Shown here piece by piece: positions 27,865 to 37,262 of a stretch of 64,000 nucleotides of DNA; position 1 is the stretch's first letter, and each line of letters begins with the position of its first letter. The stretch comes from Parcubacteria bacterium C7867-008 (GTDB lineage Bacteria > Patescibacteriota > Minisyncoccia > Phycocordibacterales > Phycocordibacteraceae), in assembly GCA_001189215.1 (NCBI GenBank), contig LFCR01000004.1:22153-86152 (forward strand), read 5' to 3'. The position numbers and the translations under genes were made by a program. Under the pieces are notes generated by a model. It did not search any database and was not told the origin of the DNA. It saw nothing but the letters and a program-made list of their open reading frames with translations.

Positions 27865-28329
27865 ATGAAAACAATGGGATTTTATATAATAGGCATACTT
27901 GCTGTCGGCGCCCTGGCGTTCTGGATACAGACGTTGGTGGGATTCCCGAAACTTGCGGTACCAAGTATCAAAACGCTGGTTGAAACTAAACCAGTCACTA
28001 TCACTGCTAGTGTTGCGAACGCCGTAAACACTGGCCAGGATCAGTATGTAGATATAACTGGCATGATTCTGCTTGATATAGCAGGAAGCAATTCAGTACC
28101 GTACATACAATACGCAACAAAAAATGAGAAGGTGGCAACGAAACAACTCATCTTTGCAGGTAGCCGTGGCTGTGCCGCTAATGCAGGAGATTTACCGTGT
28201 GTGGCGGTTGATACCGATGCGGCATATCCGCAGTACCCAACCGGTACTAATGTACGGGTGCGGGGTATGCAGACGGCAGACCGTATCCTGGTGTATCAGA
28301 TAGATGTAGTAACCCCAGCGGCAAATTAG
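27865..28329 (+). CDS. hypothetical membrane-anchored secreted protein
   Basis: N-terminal TM. Confidence 0.5.
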   Translation: MKTMGFYIIGILAVGALAFWIQTLVGFPKLAVPSIKTLVETKPVTITASVANAVNTGQDQYVDITGMILLDIAGSNSVPYIQYATKNEKVATKQLIFAGSRGCAANAGDLPCVAVDTDAAYPQYPTGTNVRVRGMQTADRILVYQIDVVTPAAN

Positions 28330-28352
28330 CTTCTAGGCTTTATACTGAGCCT

Positions 28353-28928
28353 ATGACACGATTCGGCTGGTTGGTGCTTGGATTAATTCTGTTATTCATA
28401 GCTGGTATCGGCGCAGGGTGGTATCTGGTAAGCAGGTACGATGCCGCTGAGAAACCAACTCCTATGGCAACCTCAACGCCAGGTACCGATCTTTCTTCTA
28501 GCTCAATCTATACCAATGGTACCTATGGGTTCTCAATCGTATACCCAGCGGCTGATCAACTCACTGAAATGTTTACTCCATGGAGATCTGGTGCGATGGC
28601 GAGTGGTACTCCCCTTGTGGCTATTGCCGATCCGGAAGGAATGATACGTATTGGAGCTAACGCGGACGCTAAGGCGATCGATGCCTGTACCAAACCTGGT
28701 CAAGCAGAGAAAGTACAAGCAACGATGGCGCTTGGTAGTACTACCTTTAGTACTTTTACGCATGACGAAGTGGGAACTGATAATGAGCGACGTGTTACCA
28801 GTTATCGTGCCGTACATGAAAAGGCATGTGTTGCCATTGAGATATTCCAACCAATTACAGATGGACTTCCTACTCCAAGCACAGCTCTTATGGAGATCGT
28901 AAACAGCTTCTCGTTTGCCCGCCTCTAG
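28353..28928 (+). CDS. hypothetical membrane-anchored secreted protein
   Basis: N-terminal TM. Confidence 0.5.
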   Translation: MTRFGWLVLGLILLFIAGIGAGWYLVSRYDAAEKPTPMATSTPGTDLSSSSIYTNGTYGFSIVYPAADQLTEMFTPWRSGAMASGTPLVAIADPEGMIRIGANADAKAIDACTKPGQAEKVQATMALGSTTFSTFTHDEVGTDNERRVTSYRAVHEKACVAIEIFQPITDGLPTPSTALMEIVNSFSFARL

Positions 28929-29005
28929 TGCATCGGTCTTCATTGAATCTACGTAAACTAGCGGTACCATAGAGGAACACCTATCAGATATAACTGCTAA
29001 TCCGT

Positions 29006-29341
29006 ATGATGCTTATTGTTCACTGGATCATTTCTGCAATTGCTATTGTTGTTTCCGCATACCTTATTCCAGGAGTTGAAGTCACTATCGTTAGCGCACT
29101 AGTGCTTGCTGTGGTGCTTGGAATCATCAACATATTCCTTAAGCCAATCGTTACTCTGATTACACTTCCGATAAACATCCTCACGCTTGGATTGTTCTCA
29201 TTGGTAGTGAATGCGTTACTTATCCTTCTTGCCGCACAGGTGGTACCAGACTTCTCGGTTACCGGTTTCTGGCCAGCATTCTTCTTCGCGATTGTACTAT
29301 CGCTTGTGAACGCTGTGCTAGGTGCAATGAGTCGCGATTAA
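29006..29341 (+). CDS. phage-holin-4-like (DUF360/YvlD) membrane protein
   Basis: About 110 aa with 4 TM helices and the TLPINILTLGLF core typical of this family. Confidence 0.65.
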   Translation: MMLIVHWIISAIAIVVSAYLIPGVEVTIVSALVLAVVLGIINIFLKPIVTLITLPINILTLGLFSLVVNALLILLAAQVVPDFSVTGFWPAFFFAIVLSLVNAVLGAMSRD

Positions 29342-29356
29342 GTTCAGATACAAAAG

Positions 29357-29395
29357 CAACACTCGGCGAGCAATCGCCGAGTGTTGTGTATTGAT
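29357..29395 (+). terminator. hairpin caacactcggcga-gcaa-tcgccgagtgttg
   Basis: Perfect 13 bp stem. Confidence 0.6.
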
Positions 29396-29445
29396 ACTGG
29401 GAATATAACCGGTAAGAATGGGATAGGTATCGTATACTTATAGTA

Positions 29446-32196
29446 ATGGCACTAGAGGGACCAATGCGACCAATACAGTCGCCGGAAGAAGAACTTGCAT
29501 ACCTTCGTGCGGAAGTACTTGCGAAGGAGCAAGAACTTGCATCTCTGCGCGTAGATAAACCTCGTGAGACGGTTGTACATGAACGCATCACGCACCACAT
29601 GGAGCAACCTGCCCACGCAGTACTTGATTCTCGGTATCAAATAAAGCAGGAGGAGGCCCACGAACTTGCGCTTAACCTTGAACCTCGTGCAGATGATGAA
29701 ACGATGGAGGAGCTCCGTAAGATCATTGAAACGAAGGGTATTCATAATGCGTTTAATGTTCTGGAAAAGCTTAAGAACCCGCATCTTGAGGACGATTTCC
29801 ATCGTTTCTTGGTCCAGTATCTTCTAGCAGGAATGCCGATCGGGTTAAACGAGAAGCAGCCTGAGTGGAAGAGTCTCCATATGACGCTCTACGAGGTTCA
29901 GCTACCTGAAGCAAACGCAGACGATGAGTCTCGCAGAAAGTCTCTTAAAGAGCTTATTTCTGCAATGGAACAGTTCTATTCCGGCATGCTTTCGCTGGAG
30001 CACGCGGTTCCTGGTGAAGCTGCACACTTCACGCTCGAGCTCGCTGTTCCGGTGAACAAGGCACATCTCATGTTCTATGCAGCGGTGCCAAACACCAAAC
30101 GTGACCTCTTTGAGAAACAATTGCTCGCTATATTCCCAAATGCGCACATTGAACCGCAGCCAAACGACTACAACATCTTTACTGATGGAGGCACTTCATT
30201 TGGCTCAGTTGCGTCACTGGGAAACCCAGCAGCACTTGGTCTTAAGGAATACACCGAATTTGATTACGATCCGATCAACTCAATACTGAACGCTTTTGCA
30301 AAGATTGCACCAGAAGGCGAGGGAGCATCACTCCAAATTGTTATTTCTCCCCAAGGTGATCATTTTACTAAGCATTATCGTAAAGTTCTCAATGCACTTC
30401 GTGATGGTGAAGATAAATACACAGCGCTCCACTTGCCTGAAACATTCCTTGCTGAGGCAGCACGAGATATTGGTAAGACATTCTTTAGTAAGCCAAAGAC
30501 CGAAGATGATGCACAAGAGAAAGCTAAACGCGCTGAGACTAACAAAGCAGATATTGAACATGTAGAAAGAAAGCTTTCAACACAGATTGTTGCAACAAAC
30601 CTGCGTCTCGTTGTTTCATCTATGGATGGTGGTCGTGCAGAGCAGATACTAGGAGAACTTGAATCTGCCTTTCATCAGTTTGAGAACCCAACCAGTAATC
30701 GTATTGAATGGAAGCGCGTATCTCGCAATACTCAGCGTACTCTGTTCCATGACTTCACCTTCCGTACCTTTGAAAAGGGTAGCCAAGTACCGCTTTCACT
30801 AAAAGAGCTCACTACTATCTTCCACTTCCCTCCAACAGGAGTTGCTTCGTCACCACATCTTAAGCAATCACGCTTCACAGCGGCAGCTGCACCACTTGAA
30901 CTTGGACACGATGGTATTCAGCTTGGCAGCAATACTTTCCGTGGCCAACAGACCGATGTATTCCTTGCCCCTGAGGATCGTCTCAGGCACCTCTACGTAA
31001 TTGGGCAGACCGGTACTGGTAAGACGTCCTTTATGAAGACCCTTATTGAGCAAGATATTAAAGCTGGTAACGGTGTGTGTTTTATCGATCCCCATGGCAA
31101 CGACATTCTCGATGTGCTTGCCTGTGTACCTCCTGAACGCTACGAGGATGTTATTTATTTCGATCCCGCATATCTTGATCGGCCCTTTGGTCTCAATCTT
31201 CTAGAATACGATCCGGCCTTCCCAGAACAGAAGACATTCATTGTGAACGAACTTCTTGCCATCTTCCGTCGTCTGTACGGCGATGTTCCAGAATCAATGG
31301 GCCCTGCATTCGAACAGTACTTCCGTAACGCAACACTGCTGGTAATGGAAGATCCAGCTTCGGGTTCAACGCTCATGGATATTGGTCGCGTGCTTTCAAA
31401 CAAAGAATTCCGTGAACTCAAACTCTCACGCAGCATGAACCCTATCGTGAATCAGTTCTGGAATGAGATCGCCTCACAAGCAGAGGGTGATGCATCACTC
31501 GCTAATATCGTTCCGTATATCACCAACAAGTTTGATGATTTCACGGCAAACGACTTCATGCGTCCGATCATTGGTCAGCAAGAATCCTCGTTTAAGTTCC
31601 GAGACATCATGGATAAACGAAAGATTCTCCTAGTGAATCTCTCAAAAGGTCGTCTGGGTGAACGCAACGCAAACCTTATCGGTCTTATCATGGTCGGTAA
31701 ATTGTTCATGGCTGCGCTCTCACGTGCCGATGACCCTCGTGGTGTCTTCCCACCGTTCTATGTATACATCGATGAGTTCCAGAACATAACTACAGACTCT
31801 ATTCCAGCAATTCTCTCTGAGGCTCGTAAATATAAGCTTTCTCTGACTATGGCGCATCAGTTCTTGGCGCAGGTAGATGAGAAGACGCGCGATGCGGTGT
31901 TCGGTAACGTAGGATCTATGGCTGTGTTCCGTGTTGGACAAGAGGATGGAGAATTCTTCGCAAAGCAGTTTGCACCAACCTTCTCTGCGCCAGACTTCAT
32001 TAACATTGAAAACTACAATGCATACATCCGCATGCTTGCTAATGGCGTACCACAAAAACCGTTCAACATCCATTCACTGAAACCTGTTGAAGGAAATCCA
32101 AATCAGATTGATGACCTTCGTGAACTTTCCTATCTTACGTATGGTCGTGACCGTGCTACTGTTGAAGGAACTATTAGGCAACGATATCTTTCATAA
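29446..32196 (+). CDS. VirD4/TraG/TraD-like (HerA-FtsK superfamily) ATPase with a large N-terminal domain
   Basis: Walker A GQTGTGKTS, followed by FIDPHGND (IDPKG-like). Walker B VYIDEFQN. AHQFLAQ near the C-terminus. Confidence 0.5.
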   Translation: MALEGPMRPIQSPEEELAYLRAEVLAKEQELASLRVDKPRETVVHERITHHMEQPAHAVLDSRYQIKQEEAHELALNLEPRADDETMEELRKIIETKGIHNAFNVLEKLKNPHLEDDFHRFLVQYLLAGMPIGLNEKQPEWKSLHMTLYEVQLPEANADDESRRKSLKELISAMEQFYSGMLSLEHAVPGEAAHFTLELAVPVNKAHLMFYAAVPNTKRDLFEKQLLAIFPNAHIEPQPNDYNIFTDGGTSFGSVASLGNPAALGLKEYTEFDYDPINSILNAFAKIAPEGEGASLQIVISPQGDHFTKHYRKVLNALRDGEDKYTALHLPETFLAEAARDIGKTFFSKPKTEDDAQEKAKRAETNKADIEHVERKLSTQIVATNLRLVVSSMDGGRAEQILGELESAFHQFENPTSNRIEWKRVSRNTQRTLFHDFTFRTFEKGSQVPLSLKELTTIFHFPPTGVASSPHLKQSRFTAAAAPLELGHDGIQLGSNTFRGQQTDVFLAPEDRLRHLYVIGQTGTGKTSFMKTLIEQDIKAGNGVCFIDPHGNDILDVLACVPPERYEDVIYFDPAYLDRPFGLNLLEYDPAFPEQKTFIVNELLAIFRRLYGDVPESMGPAFEQYFRNATLLVMEDPASGSTLMDIGRVLSNKEFRELKLSRSMNPIVNQFWNEIASQAEGDASLANIVPYITNKFDDFTANDFMRPIIGQQESSFKFRDIMDKRKILLVNLSKGRLGERNANLIGLIMVGKLFMAALSRADDPRGVFPPFYVYIDEFQNITTDSIPAILSEARKYKLSLTMAHQFLAQVDEKTRDAVFGNVGSMAVFRVGQEDGEFFAKQFAPTFSAPDFINIENYNAYIRMLANGVPQKPFNIHSLKPVEGNPNQIDDLRELSYLTYGRDRATVEGTIRQRYLS

Positions 32197-32206
32197 TTAT
32201 TCCTGT

Positions 32207-34240
32207 ATGTCAGAGTGGCCACCAACCAAAAGAATAAACAAAAAGGAAGAAGAGGCGCAAGTAGAGCCTGCTGAGACTCATATTGAACTCGTATCACGCA
32301 CCCACGACGCAGGTGAGAAGATTGATGGACTAGAAACATTTCAGGCTACTAACGAAGACTTTGGTCACGAAGCAGATCTGTTGGAGCAAGGGGCAACAGA
32401 ACATTATATGGCCATTGCAGCAGATATACGTGCAAAAGGGGTGGAGCCGAATGATATTAGAGCAGCATGGGGTCCTGCTTATAGTTTGCTTAGTCGTATG
32501 CGTGGTGCAGCACGTTCTTATGGAAAAGCAGAGTCTGTGAAAGATCGTAAGGAGCTCCTAAAGCTCTACAACAAACTTAGCGAAGAACTCTCCACTACCG
32601 TTGCACAAGAAACTAATGCTGCAGCAGACGAATGGCTAGAAGATCACGAACCAAAGGAGGTGCCACCAGAAGCCGGTCTAGAGCAACTAGAAGTTGAACA
32701 GATTTCTGAGGAACCGGTAGAAATGCCAACGGCTCCAGAGACTCCAACCTCTGCACCTGAACCTGTTTCTGAAATAAAGCCTGAGAGAACGGTTCAGACA
32801 GGCATTCCTGGTATTGATATAGATGCCGATGGACCTATCTTCATGCAAAATCCTGTGCTTAATAAACTGTTTGAGGGAAAGCAAAAGAAACCTAAGGCGA
32901 AGAAACCACGTAAGTCGGTGAGTATGGGGGGTGAGACATACCAAGGTCATGTGTTCACTGAACCTGAGTCGTGGATGCGTAAACCAGAAGAACGAGTTGC
33001 ACCGGCACCAATCAGCGCAGATGCAAGTGTTCCAGAAACATATGCAGAACAGAAAGCTGCACTTAGACGAAATGTTGCGGAGATTCAAAGGGATCTCGAT
33101 ACTAAGCAAGCAATACTTAGAGCCTTTTACGCAAATGCTTCAAAGACAGGTGGCATTGTTGAAACCGAACGATTCCAAGCGCATAACGGAGGAACCATTG
33201 AAGATAGTCTTGAAAAGAAGATAGTTGATACAGAAACAGAAGTGCGAAAACTAGAACAAGAGCGTGCAGAGGCACGAGATAGAGAACATAACCCAGTACC
33301 AGAAGAGGTGGTAGAGGCTCCTGTAGATACTGAAAGTCTAGATGCGAATGAGGCACCTGAAATTGAATCAAATGTTGTTTCTAATGAAGAACTTCTTGAA
33401 GCAAAGCGTGCACGTGAACGTGCTCGCGAAGAAGCGAAAAAAGTAAATGCACGAAAGCGTGGAAGACGCGGTCTCACAGGTGCTTTGGCTGGGCTCGTTG
33501 GTTTCTTTGGCATAGCAAGCACCGACAGGAGTGACGCTGCGACCGGTCGTGTTGATGCTACTCGCCAAGCAACTGCAGAAGCTCCTGCCTCTCCAAGCAC
33601 CGCTGCAGGGGAAGGTCCAAAAGGCGTACTTAATGGAGAAAAACCAAGACCAGTTGTTATTCCGAGAAATGCGAGTCCACGTGTTCGTGCAGAGACCGCA
33701 AATATAGATCCTGATCGCTCAAAAGAGATTGCTGCAATATACAAAGCTGAGTCAAAACCAGGTCGCCCTATTCAAGAACAAGGACTTGCACCAGGAACGG
33801 ATGCTCGTATTCTTGATTTCCTTCAAGAACTTGAAACAGAAGAGGCTGCAGCACCTGTCGCAAAATCAGTACCTGCTTCTGCCCCCGCTACAGAAAAGAA
33901 AATATATCGCAGCAAGAATAATCTTGAAGTGCCAGTGCAAGAAACGCATCTATACTCAATTGCTGGAGATGGAGAAGAGTCACTCTTTGTGTATGGGGGT
34001 GGAGATATGAACGATAAGGATTTTCTTGAAGCATTACAAAAGTTCGCGAAAGAGAATCCGGGTAAGACCATATACTTTGATCCCGGCATTAAAACAACCG
34101 TGAATGGAACCTTGCAGTCATACATAGCGTCTGGTGTGTTTGACCCATCAATTGGATCATTCCAAATTGCCGGATTACCTGAGCCTGGGCTTGTTGGAAT
34201 GGTCATAAACCCCGACTCATTCACAAGAATGGTCAAATAG
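32207..34240 (+). CDS. hypothetical acidic protein (677 aa) with a central TM segment
   Basis: The ATG lies 10 nt after the previous stop. Low-complexity acidic, coiled-coil-like sequence. Confidence 0.45.
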   Translation: MSEWPPTKRINKKEEEAQVEPAETHIELVSRTHDAGEKIDGLETFQATNEDFGHEADLLEQGATEHYMAIAADIRAKGVEPNDIRAAWGPAYSLLSRMRGAARSYGKAESVKDRKELLKLYNKLSEELSTTVAQETNAAADEWLEDHEPKEVPPEAGLEQLEVEQISEEPVEMPTAPETPTSAPEPVSEIKPERTVQTGIPGIDIDADGPIFMQNPVLNKLFEGKQKKPKAKKPRKSVSMGGETYQGHVFTEPESWMRKPEERVAPAPISADASVPETYAEQKAALRRNVAEIQRDLDTKQAILRAFYANASKTGGIVETERFQAHNGGTIEDSLEKKIVDTETEVRKLEQERAEARDREHNPVPEEVVEAPVDTESLDANEAPEIESNVVSNEELLEAKRARERAREEAKKVNARKRGRRGLTGALAGLVGFFGIASTDRSDAATGRVDATRQATAEAPASPSTAAGEGPKGVLNGEKPRPVVIPRNASPRVRAETANIDPDRSKEIAAIYKAESKPGRPIQEQGLAPGTDARILDFLQELETEEAAAPVAKSVPASAPATEKKIYRSKNNLEVPVQETHLYSIAGDGEESLFVYGGGDMNDKDFLEALQKFAKENPGKTIYFDPGIKTTVNGTLQSYIASGVFDPSIGSFQIAGLPEPGLVGMVINPDSFTRMVK

Positions 34241-34307
34241 GTCTGTATTTTGGGTTTTATAGATGATGGTATACTTTCATCACTAACAATTAATATCTGG
34301 TACTTGT

Positions 34308-34841
34308 ATGCAGGTGACTTCAACTGGTATTGCGGTGGCTCTCGCGGTCGTCGTTGCACTTAGCATTCTGTTTTTTGGGCCTCGTGTGTTTGCGCCGTTC
34401 GAAACACAGTCAACTGAGACCGCAACAACCACTCTGCAGATGGGTACTTCAACCGAATCAACAACTATGGATACTTCTTCTATGACCGCAGCACCTATTT
34501 CTGGACCACTTCCAACTGAACTTACCGGAACTGACGTGGTTGTTGGTACTGGTGCAGAAGCAACAAGTGGAAAGACCGTGACCGTTAACTATGTAGGCAT
34601 GCTTCCTGACGGAACCGTCTTTGATGCGTCTGCGAACCATGGCACAACGGGCTTTTCATTCCCACTTGGAGCTGGTCGTGTAATTAAAGGATGGGATGTT
34701 GGTGTTGCAGGTATGAAGGTTGGTGGAAAGCGTCACCTTATCATTCCTCCAGACCTCGCATATGGAAATCAGGCGGTTGGTGGAGTAATTCCAGCAAACG
34801 CTACACTTATTTTTGATATTGAACTTCTAAACGTTCAGTAG
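34308..34841 (+). CDS. FKBP-type peptidyl-prolyl cis-trans isomerase (secreted)
   Basis: FKBP domain VTVNYVGMLPDGTVFD...GWDVGVAGMKVGGKR...ANATLIFDIELL. Confidence 0.85.
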   Translation: MQVTSTGIAVALAVVVALSILFFGPRVFAPFETQSTETATTTLQMGTSTESTTMDTSSMTAAPISGPLPTELTGTDVVVGTGAEATSGKTVTVNYVGMLPDGTVFDASANHGTTGFSFPLGAGRVIKGWDVGVAGMKVGGKRHLIIPPDLAYGNQAVGGVIPANATLIFDIELLNVQ

Positions 34842-34856
34842 CACTAAATTAATGAA

Positions 34857-34895
34857 AACCACCCGACACAGATTGCTCTGTGCGGGCGGTTTTTA
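34857..34895. terminator. imperfect hairpin plus T-run between convergent genes
   Basis: ccacccgacacag...ctgtgcgggcgg followed by ttttt. Confidence 0.45.
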
Positions 34896-34919
34896 GATTG
34901 AATGGCGTTGTAGCTTGTG

Positions 34920-35507
34920 CTACTTACGCTGCGATTGCGCCGAAGGCGGAACCGCACCGGCGGGCATGGCCCACGCGGGAGTTTCTTGGCCGTTCCTGGT
35001 GCGGACCGGCGAAGCGACCACGTGGACGCCCGGCGCCTTGCGCATCGTCAGACTGTCCTTCAGATCTTCCGAAGTGCAGCTGGCGGTGGAACTGACGACT
35101 GCACCACTCTTGGCGATGAGGCCGTAGACCCCACCGTTCACAGTGTTCAGCGCCCCGATCTCGAGCGGCAGACCTGTCGTCGAGCCTTTGAAGCCGCTGA
35201 TGGCGGTGGGGGCTGCGAGCGTGGCAGGGATGCCGTAGACGCCGGCGCCGGTCAGGACGGATTCCACCGTTCCCGATTGCTGACGCTTGACGTCGGCGAA
35301 GCAGGAATTGGCGTGAGTCACGACCACCTGGTACTCACCGAGCAGCCAGTCGCCGTAGTCGGGGTTCTTGTGGACGATCAGCATTGCCATCGGCTCGTTG
35401 CCCAGTCCGTTAAGGGGACCGGGCGGTGAGAGACGTTTGGCGTTGGTACCGCAGGCACTCAAGGTCAGTGCGACCAAGACAACCGGCAGGATCGGAACAG
35501 TACGCAT
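34920..35507 (-). CDS. lipoprotein (lipobox LTLSAC), anomalously GC-rich
   Basis: Signal peptide plus lipobox. GGAGAG RBS before the ATG at 35507. About 65% GC versus about 47% in the flanks. Confidence 0.6.
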   Translation of the reverse strand: MRTVPILPVVLVALTLSACGTNAKRLSPPGPLNGLGNEPMAMLIVHKNPDYGDWLLGEYQVVVTHANSCFADVKRQQSGTVESVLTGAGVYGIPATLAAPTAISGFKGSTTGLPLEIGALNTVNGGVYGLIAKSGAVVSSTASCTSEDLKDSLTMRKAPGVHVVASPVRTRNGQETPAWAMPAGAVPPSAQSQRK

Positions 35508-35651
35508 GGGATCTCTCCGTGTTGCATTCAATATGTAGGGGATAAGAACGACGCCCTCTGGGTACAGTTATATCACACTAAAAAGAGTATTGTCAAGCCC
35601 TGTATAAGGCGGTAGCTTGCCTAAATAGCAAGGGCCGGATACGGTAGGACT

Positions 35652-36866
35652 ATGAGTTCACTTAGGTTTTCTATAGATGCAAGAGAGGGTATGGCGCGTG
35701 CCGGTACCCTTACCACCCTGCATGGAGAGATACAGACACCGGCGTTTGTGCCAGTGGGTACCAAGGCTGATGTAAAAGGTATTCTTCCAAGCGTCCTTAC
35801 CTCACTTGGTGCACAGGTGGTACTTGCTAATACCTATCACCTCTATCTTCAGCCTGGAGAAGAAATTGTTAAACAGGCAGGTGGCCTCGCGACGTTTATG
35901 GACTGGAAGGGACCAACCATGACTGATTCTGGTGGCTTTCAAGTCTTTTCCCTTGGCGCTGCATTTGGACGAACCATTACGAAGATTGCTAAAGGAGAAG
36001 AACTGCCTCGTGAGCAAGGAGTGTCTGTGTTTGATCAAGAAGTGCAGAGTCAGCACGGACAGTTAGCAATCATTGATGATCAGGGTGTTACCTTCACCTC
36101 GCATCTTGATGGCTCACTACATCGCTTCACTCCAGAACGTTCTGTTGAAATTCAACATGCCCTCGGTGCAGACATGTTCTTTGCTTTTGATGAGTGTACC
36201 GCTCCAACAGAACCGTATGAATATCAGAAAGAAGCTATGGAACGTACCCATCGTTGGGCACAGCGATCTCTTAAAGCGCATCGACAGAATATTGAAGCAA
36301 GTCGTACGCAAGCAATCTTTGGAATAGTACAAGGAGGACGTCACGCAGATTTAAGAAAGGAAAGTGCAAAGGAGATTGCATCACTAGGTTTTGATGGCTT
36401 TGGTATTGGTGGATCCTTTAGCAAGGAAGACATGCAGGGTGCACTCCAAGCAGCAATACCAGAACTTCCTGATGAATTTCCACGACACTTTCTAGGTATT
36501 GGAGAGCCAGGAGATATTCTCACCGGCATTGCTGAAGGCATGGATCTCTTTGACTGCGTTGCAGCGACACGCATCGGGCGTCACGGGTCTATCTATACCA
36601 AGCGTGGTCCTATTCACCTTAAGGGAGAGAAATACAAGAATGATTTTGGTCTACTAGATCCTGAGACACCAGTTCCAGGTATGGAAGGATTCACGCGTGC
36701 GTATGTAGCACATCAATTGCGTGCTGGAGAAATGCTGGGTGGGATACTCTGCTCAATGCATAATCTTGGGTTTATTATCCAACTGGTTGATGGAGCTCGA
36801 GTAGCAATACGTGAAGGACGCTTCGCTGCGTACCGTGAAAACTTCACCAGGAATTACTACTCATAG
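35652..36866 (+). CDS. tgt: queuine tRNA-ribosyltransferase
   Basis: TGT family conserved blocks across its length. Confidence 0.9.
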   Translation: MSSLRFSIDAREGMARAGTLTTLHGEIQTPAFVPVGTKADVKGILPSVLTSLGAQVVLANTYHLYLQPGEEIVKQAGGLATFMDWKGPTMTDSGGFQVFSLGAAFGRTITKIAKGEELPREQGVSVFDQEVQSQHGQLAIIDDQGVTFTSHLDGSLHRFTPERSVEIQHALGADMFFAFDECTAPTEPYEYQKEAMERTHRWAQRSLKAHRQNIEASRTQAIFGIVQGGRHADLRKESAKEIASLGFDGFGIGGSFSKEDMQGALQAAIPELPDEFPRHFLGIGEPGDILTGIAEGMDLFDCVAATRIGRHGSIYTKRGPIHLKGEKYKNDFGLLDPETPVPGMEGFTRAYVAHQLRAGEMLGGILCSMHNLGFIIQLVDGARVAIREGRFAAYRENFTRNYYS

Positions 36867-36903
36867 ATATACATGTACTAGGGCCGATCCTCTGGATCGG
36901 CCC

Positions 36904-37212
36904 TTACTTAACTCGCCAGAAGCGCATTCTTCCGCCATTTATACAGCAAACCTTTTCGTGTAGTTGTGCCGCGTAAAAGCATTGCTCATTTAATTCAGGT
37001 AGTTTTCTGTGAGAGCCTGAAGAAGCCTGTTCTAAATGATCAAAGATTATTTCTAATAGAGGAAGTTGAAAATCGGTGCCAGTCCATCCCATTGATACGG
37101 GCCTGCTCACATCAATTAAATATCGTCGAATACCTGGGTATGCGTCCAAGACTTCTTTAAACGCTTCCAGCATTCCTGTTGCTGCTTCTTGATATATTGT
37201 CTGATATCTCAT
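36904..37212 (-). CDS. hypothetical protein (102 aa)
   Basis: ORF with GAGGT 7 nt upstream. Divergent from uvrB. Confidence 0.3.
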   Translation of the reverse strand: MRYQTIYQEAATGMLEAFKEVLDAYPGIRRYLIDVSRPVSMGWTGTDFQLPLLEIIFDHLEQASSGSHRKLPELNEQCFYAAQLHEKVCCINGGRMRFWRVK

Positions 37213-37262
37213 TCAGGTACCTCGTGCACTGTTCCATAAATAACTATACAATTGAGACATCT

